Positions 1 to 9,208 of a DNA stretch of 64,000 bases are shown here, in pieces; the first letter of the stretch is position 1, and each line of letters begins with the position of its first letter. A program made the translations under genes and the position numbers. This DNA is from Candidatus Nanohaloarchaea archaeon. Lineage in GTDB: Archaea; Nanohalarchaeota; Nanosalinia; Nanosalinales; Nanosalinaceae. The stretch lies in contig JACOQA010000003.1 of NCBI GenBank assembly GCA_014297435.1, positions 143,460 to 207,459 of the forward strand, in the 5' to 3' direction. The notes beneath the pieces are model-generated. The model did not search any database, was not told the origin of the DNA, and worked only from the letters and a program-made list of their open reading frames with translations.

Positions 1-356
1 TGATTTAGATTCCTTAGAATATCAGCTGGATAAAGGTCTTTTCTACGTAGCCGAAGAAGACAACGAAGTAATCGGTTTCGCCCACGCAGGTTCCCGAAGA
101 CGGAAGTAAAGCCAATCTCTACCGGATCTACGTTGATCCAAATTCTCAGAGAAAAGGTGCCGGCTCAAGGCTCTATGAGAAAATAGAGAATGAACTAAAG
201 GATAGAGATATCGAAGGAATTAGACTGGAAGTCGTGTCTGAAAATGAGAAAGGTTTCAGTTTTTACAGGAAGAACGGATTTGAAACAGTGAATGTGGAGA
301 CAGTTGAGTTGAAAGGCGATGAAGTGGACCAGAAAGTTATGGAGAAAGGGATCTAG
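1..356 (+). pseudogene. GNAT acetyltransferase, 5'-truncated by the window, with a +1 frameshift near nt 89
   Basis: Frame 2 reads ...FYVAEEDNEVIGFAHA; frame 3 from nt 90 continues VPEDGSKANLYRIYVDPNSQRKGAGSRL...FYRKNGF (GNAT motifs A/B) to TAG at 354-356. Confidence 0.7.
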
Positions 357-460
357 AGTTATGGTATTGAATACTTGATTATAAGTTTGCCTATTGAGGT
401 CAGTAAGCTCTTAGGAATCTAGTTCTTGAGAAAATAGGCTTCTCCCTAAACCCATTTAAT

Positions 461-478
461 TGTTACTATGTAATAACA
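461..478. promoter_or_regulatory. Palindromic operator candidate TGTTAC-TATGTA-ATAACA
   Basis: Lies between the TATA-like ATTTAAT (454-460) and ATG 483; the same motif precedes six other orphan genes. Confidence 0.6.
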
Positions 479-482
479 AAGT

Positions 483-1259
483 ATGTCGTTATTTGTTCAA
501 AGGCAGCAACGCGGTATAGAAGCCGAGTTCGAGGATATTTTGCTAAATGACCCGCTCGGCCATGGAGCTGAATTGAACGAAGAGGCAATTGAGGATATAT
601 TCAGGGTCATAGAACTAGCAGACCGAGAGATCAATCACGGCTTCGCGGAAAGAGACTATATCTTTGATCATGGAAGAGCTGCCTTTGACTCCGATAAAGG
701 AGGCGACAAAATCTCTATATCAATGGCTACAGAGTTCAAGCCCTTCAGACTCTGCCACGAGCTGGGACACAGCGCATACCATTCAGAGATACGGGAAAAA
801 GTACCTGAATCTGACCCGGAGCCGATAAGAACTTCCTATTCCGAAGCATTCGCTGAACTTACTGCCTACCACCTCTTCGATCAGGTAGAAATGGACTACT
901 CTGAATCCATACCAGAAAGAAACCCTTACACAAATCCTGATCAGACAAGATTCTACGCCGAACTCGTAGAGGAAGATATACCTGACTGGAAGGAACACCA
1001 TGAGAACTCAGATCTTCAGGTTGACTTACAGCACCACTCCGCAAACCTAATTGGTAGGAAGATGAGTGAGAAGGGATTAAACCCGAATAATGCCCTAGAC
1101 TCAACACAACAGTTCTTCTCATTAGTGCGTCAAGGCCTCGAAGCAGTTGTGGAACACGGCACAGAGCTCTACAGACAGGGAGAGCTCGAACAGATCTACC
1201 CGCAGGGAAAAGAGAGATACGAGGAGAGACTGGACCAGATAATAGAAAACAACTTCTGA
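483..1259 (+). CDS. Orphan acidic protein with HExxH zinc-metallopeptidase-like motif
   Basis: 258-aa ORF; CHELGH followed by SEAFAE (gluzincin-like third ligand). Confidence 0.6.
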   Translation: MSLFVQRQQRGIEAEFEDILLNDPLGHGAELNEEAIEDIFRVIELADREINHGFAERDYIFDHGRAAFDSDKGGDKISISMATEFKPFRLCHELGHSAYHSEIREKVPESDPEPIRTSYSEAFAELTAYHLFDQVEMDYSESIPERNPYTNPDQTRFYAELVEEDIPDWKEHHENSDLQVDLQHHSANLIGRKMSEKGLNPNNALDSTQQFFSLVRQGLEAVVEHGTELYRQGELEQIYPQGKERYEERLDQIIENNF

Positions 1260-1314
1260 CCCTCCAAAAGAACTATCAAAAGACCGTAAAAAATACCGAG
1301 AAACAAATTTATTT

Positions 1315-2529
1315 ATGGAGAAAGTCTTCCCCAAGTATGGCGAGGCATCGCTGGCAGACATTCCCGGAACAGTACTCTCCCTCTTTAATATAGAATCAGA
1401 CCTAACCCGGTTAGACGAAGATATAGTTAATTCAGAGGAAGACTACGAAAACGTAGTAGTAATTCTGATCGACGGTCTTGGACTAAACCAGTTAGAGAAT
1501 TTTTCAAGAGGTTTTTTTGAAGAAGCTAAACAATCTGGAGAGCTTAAGGGGATTACTAGTGTATTTCCGTCAGCGACCCCAGCCACGCTTACCAGTATTA
1601 ACACCGGCAAAACACCTAAAGAACATGGTTTGCTTGGATGGGAGATGTACTACGAGGAGATAGACTCGAATATCTTTACACTACCTTTTCTGACAACAGA
1701 GGGCGAAAAACCTCAAGATGCATTCGAGGAAGTTGACCCGAAGATGCTTTTCGAAGGCGAACCTATCTACCCAAGGCTTGAACAGAATGATGTAAACTGT
1801 TTTTCAGTAACTAAAGAGGATATTGTAGACAGCGAGTACACTGAGATGGTCAAAAAGGGGTCGGAGATAGTGCCTTACCTGAACACTGCCGATATGGCGC
1901 TACAAATCAGGAGAACCCTGGAAGAAAATGAAGGTAAAAAGTACATCTATGCTTACACGTCCGATATTGATTCGATCTCCCATATGCGGGGTCCGAAGAC
2001 TGAGGATGAGCGCAATCAGCTGGAGATGATCTCTGAGACCCTTAACAGAAATCTGGTTGAGGAGATGGATGAGGAAACAGCCGAGGACACTCTCGTGTTA
2101 ATTACAGCCGATCACGGCCAGATCGAGCATGATGAAAAGGTGGATCTCTTCCAGTGGGATAATGTAGGTGAAAGCCTGAAGACGGATGACAACGGCGACT
2201 TGATAACTCCGACAGGTAACGGAGGTCGCTCCATCTTCCTACATGTGAAAGAGGAGAAGCTCGATGAACTGCACAGCTTTCTGAACGAAAAGCTTGATGC
2301 AGAGGTAATGAAGACAGAGACAGCTCTAGAAGAAGGATACTTCGGTGAAGGAGAACTAGCAGATAATTTCAAGGCAAGAGCCGGAGAGTTAGTCATAGTT
2401 TCAAACGACAACAAAATTCACTGGGGTGAGCCCTGGAACCTTGAAGACATCGGGGTTCATGGAGGACTACATCAGGAAGAGATGAAGATTCCGTTGCTGA
2501 AGTTTGAGTTATCCGATTTAAGGAGGTAG
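1315..2529 (+). CDS. Alkaline phosphatase superfamily protein (nucleotide pyrophosphatase/phosphodiesterase)
   Basis: LIDGLG, SVFPSAT, DSISH, TADHG and HGG motifs. Confidence 0.85.
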   Translation: MEKVFPKYGEASLADIPGTVLSLFNIESDLTRLDEDIVNSEEDYENVVVILIDGLGLNQLENFSRGFFEEAKQSGELKGITSVFPSATPATLTSINTGKTPKEHGLLGWEMYYEEIDSNIFTLPFLTTEGEKPQDAFEEVDPKMLFEGEPIYPRLEQNDVNCFSVTKEDIVDSEYTEMVKKGSEIVPYLNTADMALQIRRTLEENEGKKYIYAYTSDIDSISHMRGPKTEDERNQLEMISETLNRNLVEEMDEETAEDTLVLITADHGQIEHDEKVDLFQWDNVGESLKTDDNGDLITPTGNGGRSIFLHVKEEKLDELHSFLNEKLDAEVMKTETALEEGYFGEGELADNFKARAGELVIVSNDNKIHWGEPWNLEDIGVHGGLHQEEMKIPLLKFELSDLRR

Positions 2530-2586
2530 ATTTCAAAACCTAGAAATTGGGAAAAACTCAAAAATCGGCGTGAAAAACCTCTAAAT

Positions 2587-3189
2587 ATGAGAGATACCGT
2601 CAAGAAAGGCTACGAAGAAGGCGACTACGAAGGAGAGTATCGAGAGAACAGAGAGATAGTTGAAAAAGAAAAACAGCTGTTCAAGAAGCTTTCTGACAAC
2701 ATCAAAGGCGATAAAGTACTTGATCTGGGTTGCGGTACGGGCGTTCCTTTCGATCGTTACCTCGTTGACGAGGGCTTCGACTTGACAGGTATCGATATAT
2801 CAGAGAAACACATCAGAAAGGCAAGAGAAAACATACCTGAAGCCAAATTTCTTCAGGGAGACTTCTTTGATCAGGACTTCGGAGAGAACAGTTTCGATGC
2901 CGTAGTAAGTTTCTACGCTATCTTCCATATACCTAGAGAAGAACACCAGAAGCTTTTCGAAGAGGTGAGGCCCTGGTTGAAAGACGATGGAGCCCTACTT
3001 GTCACGATGGGTGCTGAAGAAATGGAGCAGCATAAAGAAGAAATAGGAGGAGGTGAACTTGTCTGGAGCTCCTACTCACGCGAGAAGAACAAAGAGCTAA
3101 TAGAAAAAGCCGGGTTCAATATTTTGGAAACGTACGTAGAGGATTGGCGCGAGGAAACACATCTATGGATACTTGCCGAGCCCAACTAG
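2587..3189 (+). CDS. Class I SAM-dependent methyltransferase
   Basis: VLDLGCGTG, GIDIS, FDAVVSFYAIFH. Confidence 0.9.
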   Translation: MRDTVKKGYEEGDYEGEYRENREIVEKEKQLFKKLSDNIKGDKVLDLGCGTGVPFDRYLVDEGFDLTGIDISEKHIRKARENIPEAKFLQGDFFDQDFGENSFDAVVSFYAIFHIPREEHQKLFEEVRPWLKDDGALLVTMGAEEMEQHKEEIGGGELVWSSYSREKNKELIEKAGFNILETYVEDWREETHLWILAEPN

Positions 3190-3827
3190 AAATCCTCACC
3201 ATCCATCTCCATCTCTATTCTTTCAATAGCTTGTTTATGCCTCTCTAAACGTTTCTCCGCCACTTTCTTAGTATAGTCAAAGTTAAGCTTCTTCATCTGT
3301 CCTCTATAGCGGTCAACTGCAGAGTCCCAGAAGTATTCTAGGCTATCATCAAAAGTTCTTTCGTGTTCGGCTGCGTAATGTATCTGCCGCCAGAGGTTGT
3401 TTACACCGAAGTTTGAAACCTTGTCAGCATCCTGCACAATTTTTCCTTCGACAGTTTGAGGTTCGGAGTGATGGTTCCTGATAATTCTTTGAATTTTCTT
3501 GAGCTGGTCTTCTGTAACAAAGTCAGAAACGTATTCCTCGATTATCTTGGCTCCTCTTTCATCGTGTCCTTCATGTCCTTCAAAAGGATCCATCTCACCG
3601 TCTTCAATATCCTCTTTTCTGCCGATATCATGGTAGAGAGCGGCGATCTCCAAAACGTTCTCATCTATCTCCTCACTTGTTTCGACGTTTTGTTTCAGTT
3701 TGTGTACGATCTCTAGAACCGTTTTAAGGTGTCTGTAACGGTAGTTCTTTCCCCCGGCTATCTCGGTATAGTTTGAGAACTCGTCTTTCAGCCTTGATTT
3801 AAGCTCTTCTTCGACCTCTTTCTCCAT
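3186..3827 (-). CDS. HD-domain phosphohydrolase
   Basis: H...ALYHDIG...H...HH...QDAD pattern. Confidence 0.85.
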   Translation of the reverse strand: MEKEVEEELKSRLKDEFSNYTEIAGGKNYRYRHLKTVLEIVHKLKQNVETSEEIDENVLEIAALYHDIGRKEDIEDGEMDPFEGHEGHDERGAKIIEEYVSDFVTEDQLKKIQRIIRNHHSEPQTVEGKIVQDADKVSNFGVNNLWRQIHYAAEHERTFDDSLEYFWDSAVDRYRGQMKKLNFDYTKKVAEKRLERHKQAIERIEMEMDGEDF

Positions 3828-3891
3828 AGAATAGTTATTGGAACAGAAAATCTTACAAGTTTGAGTTGAAAGTTAAAGGGGTAAAAGTAGT

Positions 3892-4004
3892 CTGGCAGCG
3901 TCCCGGAACTCCCGCCTGTAAGGCAGTACCGACCGGATCGCTGAGGGACTTTACTTCCGTGTTCGGGATGGGTACGGGTGTAACCCCCTCGCTCTGACCG
4001 CCAG
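3892..4004 (-). rRNA. rrf: 5S rRNA, stand-alone
   Basis: Reverse complement contains TTACACCCGTACCCATCCCGAACACGGAAGTAAAG; terminal helix CTGGCGG/CTGCCAG; TATA (TTTATAA) about 25 nt upstream. Confidence 0.95.
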
Positions 4005-4092
4005 TATCACAAATATCAGGTTTAACTCTTATAAACAGTGATGGCGTTTAAGTCACGAAACATTCAAGCCCTTCCTAAGGTAATCTTTGGTT

Positions 4093-4578
4093 ATGAGAAT
4101 TAGAACCGCGGATATCGAGGACAGAGAAATCTTGGCTCATGAGATGTGGATAGAACTTGCCGAGATGATGGAGCCTTACAGCGAAGCTAACGAGCTTAAG
4201 GAAGATCCTAAAGAGCTTGCTTTAAACGGATTCGAGAATGTTCTAGAAAGCGAAGATTACGAGACATTTCTAATCGAAAAAGACGGCAACGAAATAGGTT
4301 TCATGAACGTCAAGGTAGAGGAAAAAACCACTTTCAAGATGGATAAATGCTTGGACATAGTCGACCTTTTCATCAAAGAAGGTTTTCGTGGCGAGGGCTA
4401 CGGAACCAAGTTAGTTGAGAAAGCGGAAGAATACGCAGATAAAACCGGATGCGATTACATAACCGTTTCCGCCGAGTGGAAGAACAAGAAAGCACAGGAG
4501 TTCTACGAGAAGAAAGGTTTTAAGCAAAAGCAGGTTCAGTTCATCAAATTGAGGGATGAAAAATGGAGCAGGCGATAA
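4093..4578 (+). CDS. GNAT family N-acetyltransferase
   Basis: FRGEGYGTKL and AQEFYEKKGF motifs; ATG at 4093 preferred over TTG at 4087. Confidence 0.88.
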   Translation: MRIRTADIEDREILAHEMWIELAEMMEPYSEANELKEDPKELALNGFENVLESEDYETFLIEKDGNEIGFMNVKVEEKTTFKMDKCLDIVDLFIKEGFRGEGYGTKLVEKAEEYADKTGCDYITVSAEWKNKKAQEFYEKKGFKQKQVQFIKLRDEKWSRR

Positions 4579-5543
4579 AGGATAAGATTGAATCAGCTCT
4601 TGAAGAAAGTTTTGAGTGGACGAAAATTGAGAAAGGCTTAAACAGTGTTTACAGAATCTATTCCGGGAAAAAAAAGTTTATCGTGAAAGTTCATACTAAC
4701 GAAAACCTTGAATCCGAAAATTTCAAAGCCGAGCCACTCATTTACGATGCAATACAGGAAAAAACGGATGTTCCAAGCCCTAAAGTCATACATGAATCAC
4801 TTGATGACGAAGAGTTCAGCTTCTATGTCATGGAATTAATTGAAGGAGAGAATCCCGGACCAAGAAGAAAGAACTTGGAAATGGAAACCCTTGAAGACTT
4901 AATTTTCGAATACGGCAAGATTCTAGGGGAGATACATAGAGAAATAGGCTTCGAATCCTACGGAGAACTCGAAGGAAGTACGGACGGACCGACAGTCAGG
5001 GATAGTTCTGAGAACTGGAGGGATGAGCTCTCTGAAATATTCCATGTTTATAGGGATATTGTCGAAGACGAGTGGGATAACCCTCCGAAAATGGAAATAC
5101 CTGATAATTTGGGCTGTATACCTGAGAGACCTAAGCCCTCACTTATTCACGTAGACAACAGACTTGACAATCTTCTAGTCGAAGACAATCGGATAACCGG
5201 ATTTATTGACTGGAGTTTTACACGTACCGGTCATAACGAGTACGATCTCATACGGGCAGAATATCTGCTAATAGATTATGATCTAAGATTTCTTAGTGAG
5301 ACCAAAAAGGAAAGACTCAAAGAAAGCCTTTTCGGAGGGTATAGGGAGGAAATTGATCTGGATAAAGATTCTGGGTTCAAAGCAAGGAGACAGTTGTACC
5401 GGTATGCCCCGGTTTTCTGGCTGGCTGCAGGGTTTCAGAGCTGGGGTCAGGACCTAGAAAAAGATGCTTACCAGGAGATGCTCCAGTTGATTATTGAAAG
5501 CCTAAAGGAGGAAAAGCCAAAAAATCTTCCCTTCAACCAATAG
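4563..5543 (+). CDS. Aminoglycoside phosphotransferase/choline kinase-like protein
   Basis: FIVKV, LIHVDNRLDNLLV, GFIDW motifs. Confidence 0.85.
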   Translation: MEQAIKDKIESALEESFEWTKIEKGLNSVYRIYSGKKKFIVKVHTNENLESENFKAEPLIYDAIQEKTDVPSPKVIHESLDDEEFSFYVMELIEGENPGPRRKNLEMETLEDLIFEYGKILGEIHREIGFESYGELEGSTDGPTVRDSSENWRDELSEIFHVYRDIVEDEWDNPPKMEIPDNLGCIPERPKPSLIHVDNRLDNLLVEDNRITGFIDWSFTRTGHNEYDLIRAEYLLIDYDLRFLSETKKERLKESLFGGYREEIDLDKDSGFKARRQLYRYAPVFWLAAGFQSWGQDLEKDAYQEMLQLIIESLKEEKPKNLPFNQ

Positions 5544-5545
5544 TT

Positions 5546-5830
5546 ATGCCTATCACTCCTGAAAACCTTCCCCGCCACGAACTGATCGGACTTGAATGCG
5601 AAGTTGTAGAAGCAAAGGATGAGAACCTGATCGGATTGAAAGGCGAGGTTCTTGATGAGACTCAATCCCTACTAAGGATTGGTGATACGAAGGTCGAAAA
5701 GAAGATCTGCACTTTCGAATTCGAGCTTCCTTCAGGCGAAAAGGTCGAGCTGGACGGCAAACTGATTGATAAGAGACCTGAGGAACGTGTCGGGATGAAG
5801 CTTCCGGGCAAATGGAGTTACGTTGATTGA
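5546..5830 (+). CDS. rnp1: Ribonuclease P protein component 1 (Rpp29)
   Basis: ITPENLPRHELIGL...G.V.DET...RPEER; conserved position upstream of uS17. Confidence 0.95.
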   Translation: MPITPENLPRHELIGLECEVVEAKDENLIGLKGEVLDETQSLLRIGDTKVEKKICTFEFELPSGEKVELDGKLIDKRPEERVGMKLPGKWSYVD

Positions 5831-5849
5831 ACGAGCCTTTTTGAATTTT

Positions 5850-5867
5850 TGTTACTAACTGGTATGT
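5850..5867. promoter_or_regulatory. Operator candidate TGTTAC-TAACTG-GTATGT
   Basis: Directly abuts ATG 5868; matches the shared motif. Confidence 0.5.
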
Positions 5868-6155
5868 ATGGGAGAGGGGAACTACACTTCGATCGAAGAT
5901 TATTCTCAAGAAGGAGAGTTTGAGGTTGTGACTGCATTCAACCTTGTAAATGAATTTGATATGAATCCTGAGCCAGGGAAGATGTGGGCTGTAGCCGATT
6001 ATCTTATGAAGTCACTTCAGGGAAAGGACGAGGCTGATTCTTATGACGAAGCTATCCTCAAGTCGGCGAGAAACACCAGTATTGATCGTGGAGACAACCA
6101 ACTGGACCTAGCTTACGATACTATCGAGGAGCTTGGAAAGCTTTACCTCGACTAA
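5868..6155 (+). CDS. Orphan acidic hypothetical protein
   Basis: 95-aa ORF with its own upstream motif and a T-rich terminator. Confidence 0.7.
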   Translation: MGEGNYTSIEDYSQEGEFEVVTAFNLVNEFDMNPEPGKMWAVADYLMKSLQGKDEADSYDEAILKSARNTSIDRGDNQLDLAYDTIEELGKLYLD

Positions 6156-6190
6156 ACCCCTTTTTAAAACTTTAGTTCTATTGTTGGGAT

Positions 6191-6320
6191 AGCCGCTTGG
6201 AGTCGTGAATTGACGAAAGCCTATTGTCCGGGTTTTCAGATTGGAGCGATACTCCGGGAGCAGCGAGAGAAAAACCTCGTGTAGAACGTACAGTTTTTCC
6301 CGGGTAACTTACCAGTGGTT
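6191..6320 (+). ncRNA. Candidate structured non-coding RNA of unknown family
   Basis: TATA at 6161-6168; ends pair (AGCCGC-T-TGG / CCA-GTGGTT); 9-bp helix 6224-6232/6299-6307; three hairpins; second TATA at 6323-6330 for uS17. Confidence 0.55.
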
Positions 6321-6369
6321 TACTTAAAAAGTTTACAATCGAACGAGACTACATCAGGGCTAAAGAACC

Positions 6370-6651
6370 ATGACAGAATCAATTGAAACCGAATACCCCG
6401 TTAGGGGAGGAACTTTCGTTGGGACGGTAGAGTCCACGAAGATGCAGAAATCCGCAACAGTAAGATGGGAGTACTCTGAGAAGGTTCCCAAGTACGAGAG
6501 GTACGAGAGAAGAAACACCAAGATAACGGTTCACGTGCCCGAAGACGTAGAGATCGAGGAAGGCGACGAAGTCAAAGTAGGAGAAACGAAGCCTATCTCG
6601 AAGACTAAAAGCCATGTTATAATCGAAAAAGTAGAAGACGGTGAAGAGTAA
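6370..6651 (+). CDS. rps17p: 30S ribosomal protein uS17
   Basis: VRG..F.GTV.S.KMQKS...KYERYERR..KI.VH...GETKPISKTK. Confidence 0.97.
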   Translation: MTESIETEYPVRGGTFVGTVESTKMQKSATVRWEYSEKVPKYERYERRNTKITVHVPEDVEIEEGDEVKVGETKPISKTKSHVIIEKVEDGEE

Positions 6652-7050
6652 ATGAAGCCGATCGGATCCAACATAACAAGAACACTGGATATCGGCGCAG
6701 AACTTACATGCGCAGATAACTCCGGAGCAAAGAAGCTAGAAATCATCGGAGTCAAGGCAAGACAGGGACGACGTTCCCGAAGGAACTCTGCAGGAATCGG
6801 AGACAAAGTAATGGTAAAGATCCTGAAGGGAGACCAGGAAGTCAAGAACCAGGTCTTCGAAGCAGTGATCGTCAGACAGGCAAAGGAATTCCAGAGACCT
6901 AACGGACTAAGAGTAGAGTTTGAAGACAACGCAGCAGTACTAGTGGAAGACACAGGACTTCCAAAAGGATCGGTTACAAGAGGACCTATCGCGAAAGAAG
7001 TCGTCGAAAGATACAGCCCGATCGGAAAGATCGCATCACAGGTGGTGTAA
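6652..7050 (+). CDS. rpl14p: 50S ribosomal protein uL14
   Basis: CADNSGAK...FEDNAAVLV...GPIAKE. Confidence 0.98.
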   Translation: MKPIGSNITRTLDIGAELTCADNSGAKKLEIIGVKARQGRRSRRNSAGIGDKVMVKILKGDQEVKNQVFEAVIVRQAKEFQRPNGLRVEFEDNAAVLVEDTGLPKGSVTRGPIAKEVVERYSPIGKIASQVV

Positions 7051-7053
7051 AAA

Positions 7054-7788
7054 ATGGTAAACGAGACAGAGAACTGGAGTAGCAACTGGAAATCAAGCAA
7101 GAAACCTTCAAAACAGAGAAAGTACAGAGATAACGCACCTCTACACGTAAAGGACAAACTTGTTTCTGCACATCTAGACGAAGAACTTAGAGAAGAAGTC
7201 GGAACAAGAAACATGCCTCTCAGAACAGGAGACAGAGTAAGAGTTATGAGAGGAGACCAGAAAGGTGCAGAAGGAATCGTAAACAATATTGACAGAGAAA
7301 ATACTCGAGTCTACATCGATGGAGTTGAGAACGAGAGAACCGATGGTTCAACGAACCAGAAGGCTTTCCCTCCATCCAACGTACAGATCGTAGCACTAAA
7401 CATCGAAGACATCTCAAGGATCGAGAAATACGATGTCGAAGACTACGAAGAGATCAAAGTCGAAGAAGAAGAGCTCGAAGAAGCCCTAGCAGAAGATGAA
7501 GAAGAGAACGAGATGATGCAGCAGATGCAGGGCGGAGAATCAGGAGCTCACGAGCAGTTCGAAGAAGACGAAGAAGAAACAGAAGAAGTAGAGGAAGAGA
7601 CTGAAGAAACAGAAGAGGAAGAAGTTGAAGCCGATTACAGCGAAGTTGTTTCGCAGAACATCGGCGATGTAAAGGATTCAGTTCAGGAGATGGAAAGCCC
7701 TGACTACGATGCTCTGCTCGAAGCAGAGGAAGACAACAAGGACAGGAAAACCATGAAGGAATGGATCGAATCTCAAAAAGAGGAGTGA
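7054..7788 (+). CDS. rpl24p: 50S ribosomal protein uL24 with long acidic C-terminal extension
   Basis: SKKPSKQRKY..NAPLH, KOW motif GDRVRVMRGD; about 120 extra C-terminal residues. Confidence 0.95.
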   Translation: MVNETENWSSNWKSSKKPSKQRKYRDNAPLHVKDKLVSAHLDEELREEVGTRNMPLRTGDRVRVMRGDQKGAEGIVNNIDRENTRVYIDGVENERTDGSTNQKAFPPSNVQIVALNIEDISRIEKYDVEDYEEIKVEEEELEEALAEDEEENEMMQQMQGGESGAHEQFEEDEEETEEVEEETEETEEEEVEADYSEVVSQNIGDVKDSVQEMESPDYDALLEAEEDNKDRKTMKEWIESQKEE

Positions 7789-7794
7789 TTTCAA

Positions 7795-8454
7795 ATGACA
7801 AAACACCAGAAAAGGCTTTCAGCACCTAAGCACTACCCTATCTCGAGAAAGGATAACACTTACGTCTCGACGATCAAGGGTTCAAGAAGTTTCGAAAACG
7901 CAATACCGACCGTCCTACTTCTCAGAGACGTACTTGAGTACGCGGACAACGAGAAGGAAGCGAAAAAGATTGTCAGAGACGGAAAAGTCTACAGAAACGG
8001 CGACAGGATCAGAGACGTAAAAGAAGGCGTAGGTCTTCTGGACGTCGTAACAATCCCTGAAACAGAGGAAGCCTTCAGAGCAGTAAGAAGAGGCAAGTAC
8101 CTAGAGTTCGTCGAAATTGAGGACGAAGAAAGGGTTGCCGCAAAAGTCGTTGACAAATCTGTTGAAGGAGATGAATACGTTTACAGGCTTCACAACGGAG
8201 AAAACTATGCTACTGGAGACGAGTTCTCCACAGGCTCAACGCTTGTTTTCAACGGCGGAGTCGAGGAACTAGAGCTCGAAGAAGGAGCAACAGTTCTAGT
8301 TGTCGATGGACAGCACGCCGGAGAGACAGCAGAGCTTGAAGAGATCAACGAAAGAGGAATGAACAAGAACACAGGTCTCGTGTCCACGGAAGAAAACTCT
8401 TTCGAGACACAGCTCGAAAACCTTGTAGCAGTTGGAGACCTGGAGGTCGAGTAA
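7795..8454 (+). CDS. rps4e: 30S ribosomal protein eS4
   Basis: KHQKRLSAPK...LLRDVLEYAD. Confidence 0.97.
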   Translation: MTKHQKRLSAPKHYPISRKDNTYVSTIKGSRSFENAIPTVLLLRDVLEYADNEKEAKKIVRDGKVYRNGDRIRDVKEGVGLLDVVTIPETEEAFRAVRRGKYLEFVEIEDEERVAAKVVDKSVEGDEYVYRLHNGENYATGDEFSTGSTLVFNGGVEELELEEGATVLVVDGQHAGETAELEEINERGMNKNTGLVSTEENSFETQLENLVAVGDLEVE

Positions 8455-8457
8455 AAA

Positions 8458-8970
8458 ATGAGCGAGAACGTGATGAAGCAGATCGAGATCGGTAAAGTTG
8501 TAGTAAACATAGGAATAGGACAGGTCGGAGACGACGTTGAAAAAGCAGTCAACCTGCTTGAAAAACTTACAGACAAGCAGCCTGTCAAAGCAGAATCAAA
8601 GGAAGCTTCGAAGACGTTCGGAAAACGTTCCGGACTAAATATTGGAGCATTCGTAACCCTCAGAGGAGAGGAAGCAAGAGAGTTCCTCGAAAAAGTTCTT
8701 CCTGCAAAGGACGAGCTTGATGCCGACGCATTCGATGGAAACGGAAACTTCTCATTCGGTATCTCCGAGTACATTGATGTTCCGGGTGTAGACTACGATG
8801 CGGACATCGGCATGATGGGATTCGAGGTAGCAGTAAACCTCGAAAGACCTGGTTACAGGGTAAAGAAGAGAGACCACAAGCCAACCAGTGTTGGAAAAGA
8901 ACACCAGGTTTCCAACGACGAAGGAAGAGAGTTCGTCGATGAAAACTTCGAAGTCGAGGTGAACGAGTAA
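8458..8970 (+). CDS. rpl5p: 50S ribosomal protein uL5
   Basis: KVVVNIGIG...VTLRG...FDGNGNFSFGI. Confidence 0.98.
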   Translation: MSENVMKQIEIGKVVVNIGIGQVGDDVEKAVNLLEKLTDKQPVKAESKEASKTFGKRSGLNIGAFVTLRGEEAREFLEKVLPAKDELDADAFDGNGNFSFGISEYIDVPGVDYDADIGMMGFEVAVNLERPGYRVKKRDHKPTSVGKEHQVSNDEGREFVDENFEVEVNE

Positions 8971-9195
8971 ATGTCATACGAGAAAGTACTAGACCAGATC
9001 AAGCACAAAGAAGGAAAGAGAAAGAAGTTCGAGAAGCACAACGCTCCCAAGGACAGGGACTACGGAAAAGCAAAGAAAGAATGCAGAAGATGCGGCAGAA
9101 CAGGGAAAGGAATTCTTTCCCAGTACGGACTTAACTACTGCCGTCAGTGCTTCCGCGAAATCGCAGAAGATCTGGGATTCAAACAACTAAAATAG
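8971..9195 (+). CDS. rps14p: 30S ribosomal protein uS14 (zinc-binding form)
   Basis: CRRCG...[14 protein letters not shown]. Confidence 0.96.
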   Translation: MSYEKVLDQIKHKEGKRKKFEKHNAPKDRDYGKAKKECRRCGRTGKGILSQYGLNYCRQCFREIAEDLGFKQLK

Positions 9196-9208
9196 AGGTG
9201 AAGAAGAG

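Noticed and set aside
6191-6320. Naming the structured RNA as RNase P RNA or SRP RNA
   Set aside because: The conserved motifs match only partially and the spacing is wrong, so it is left unclassified.
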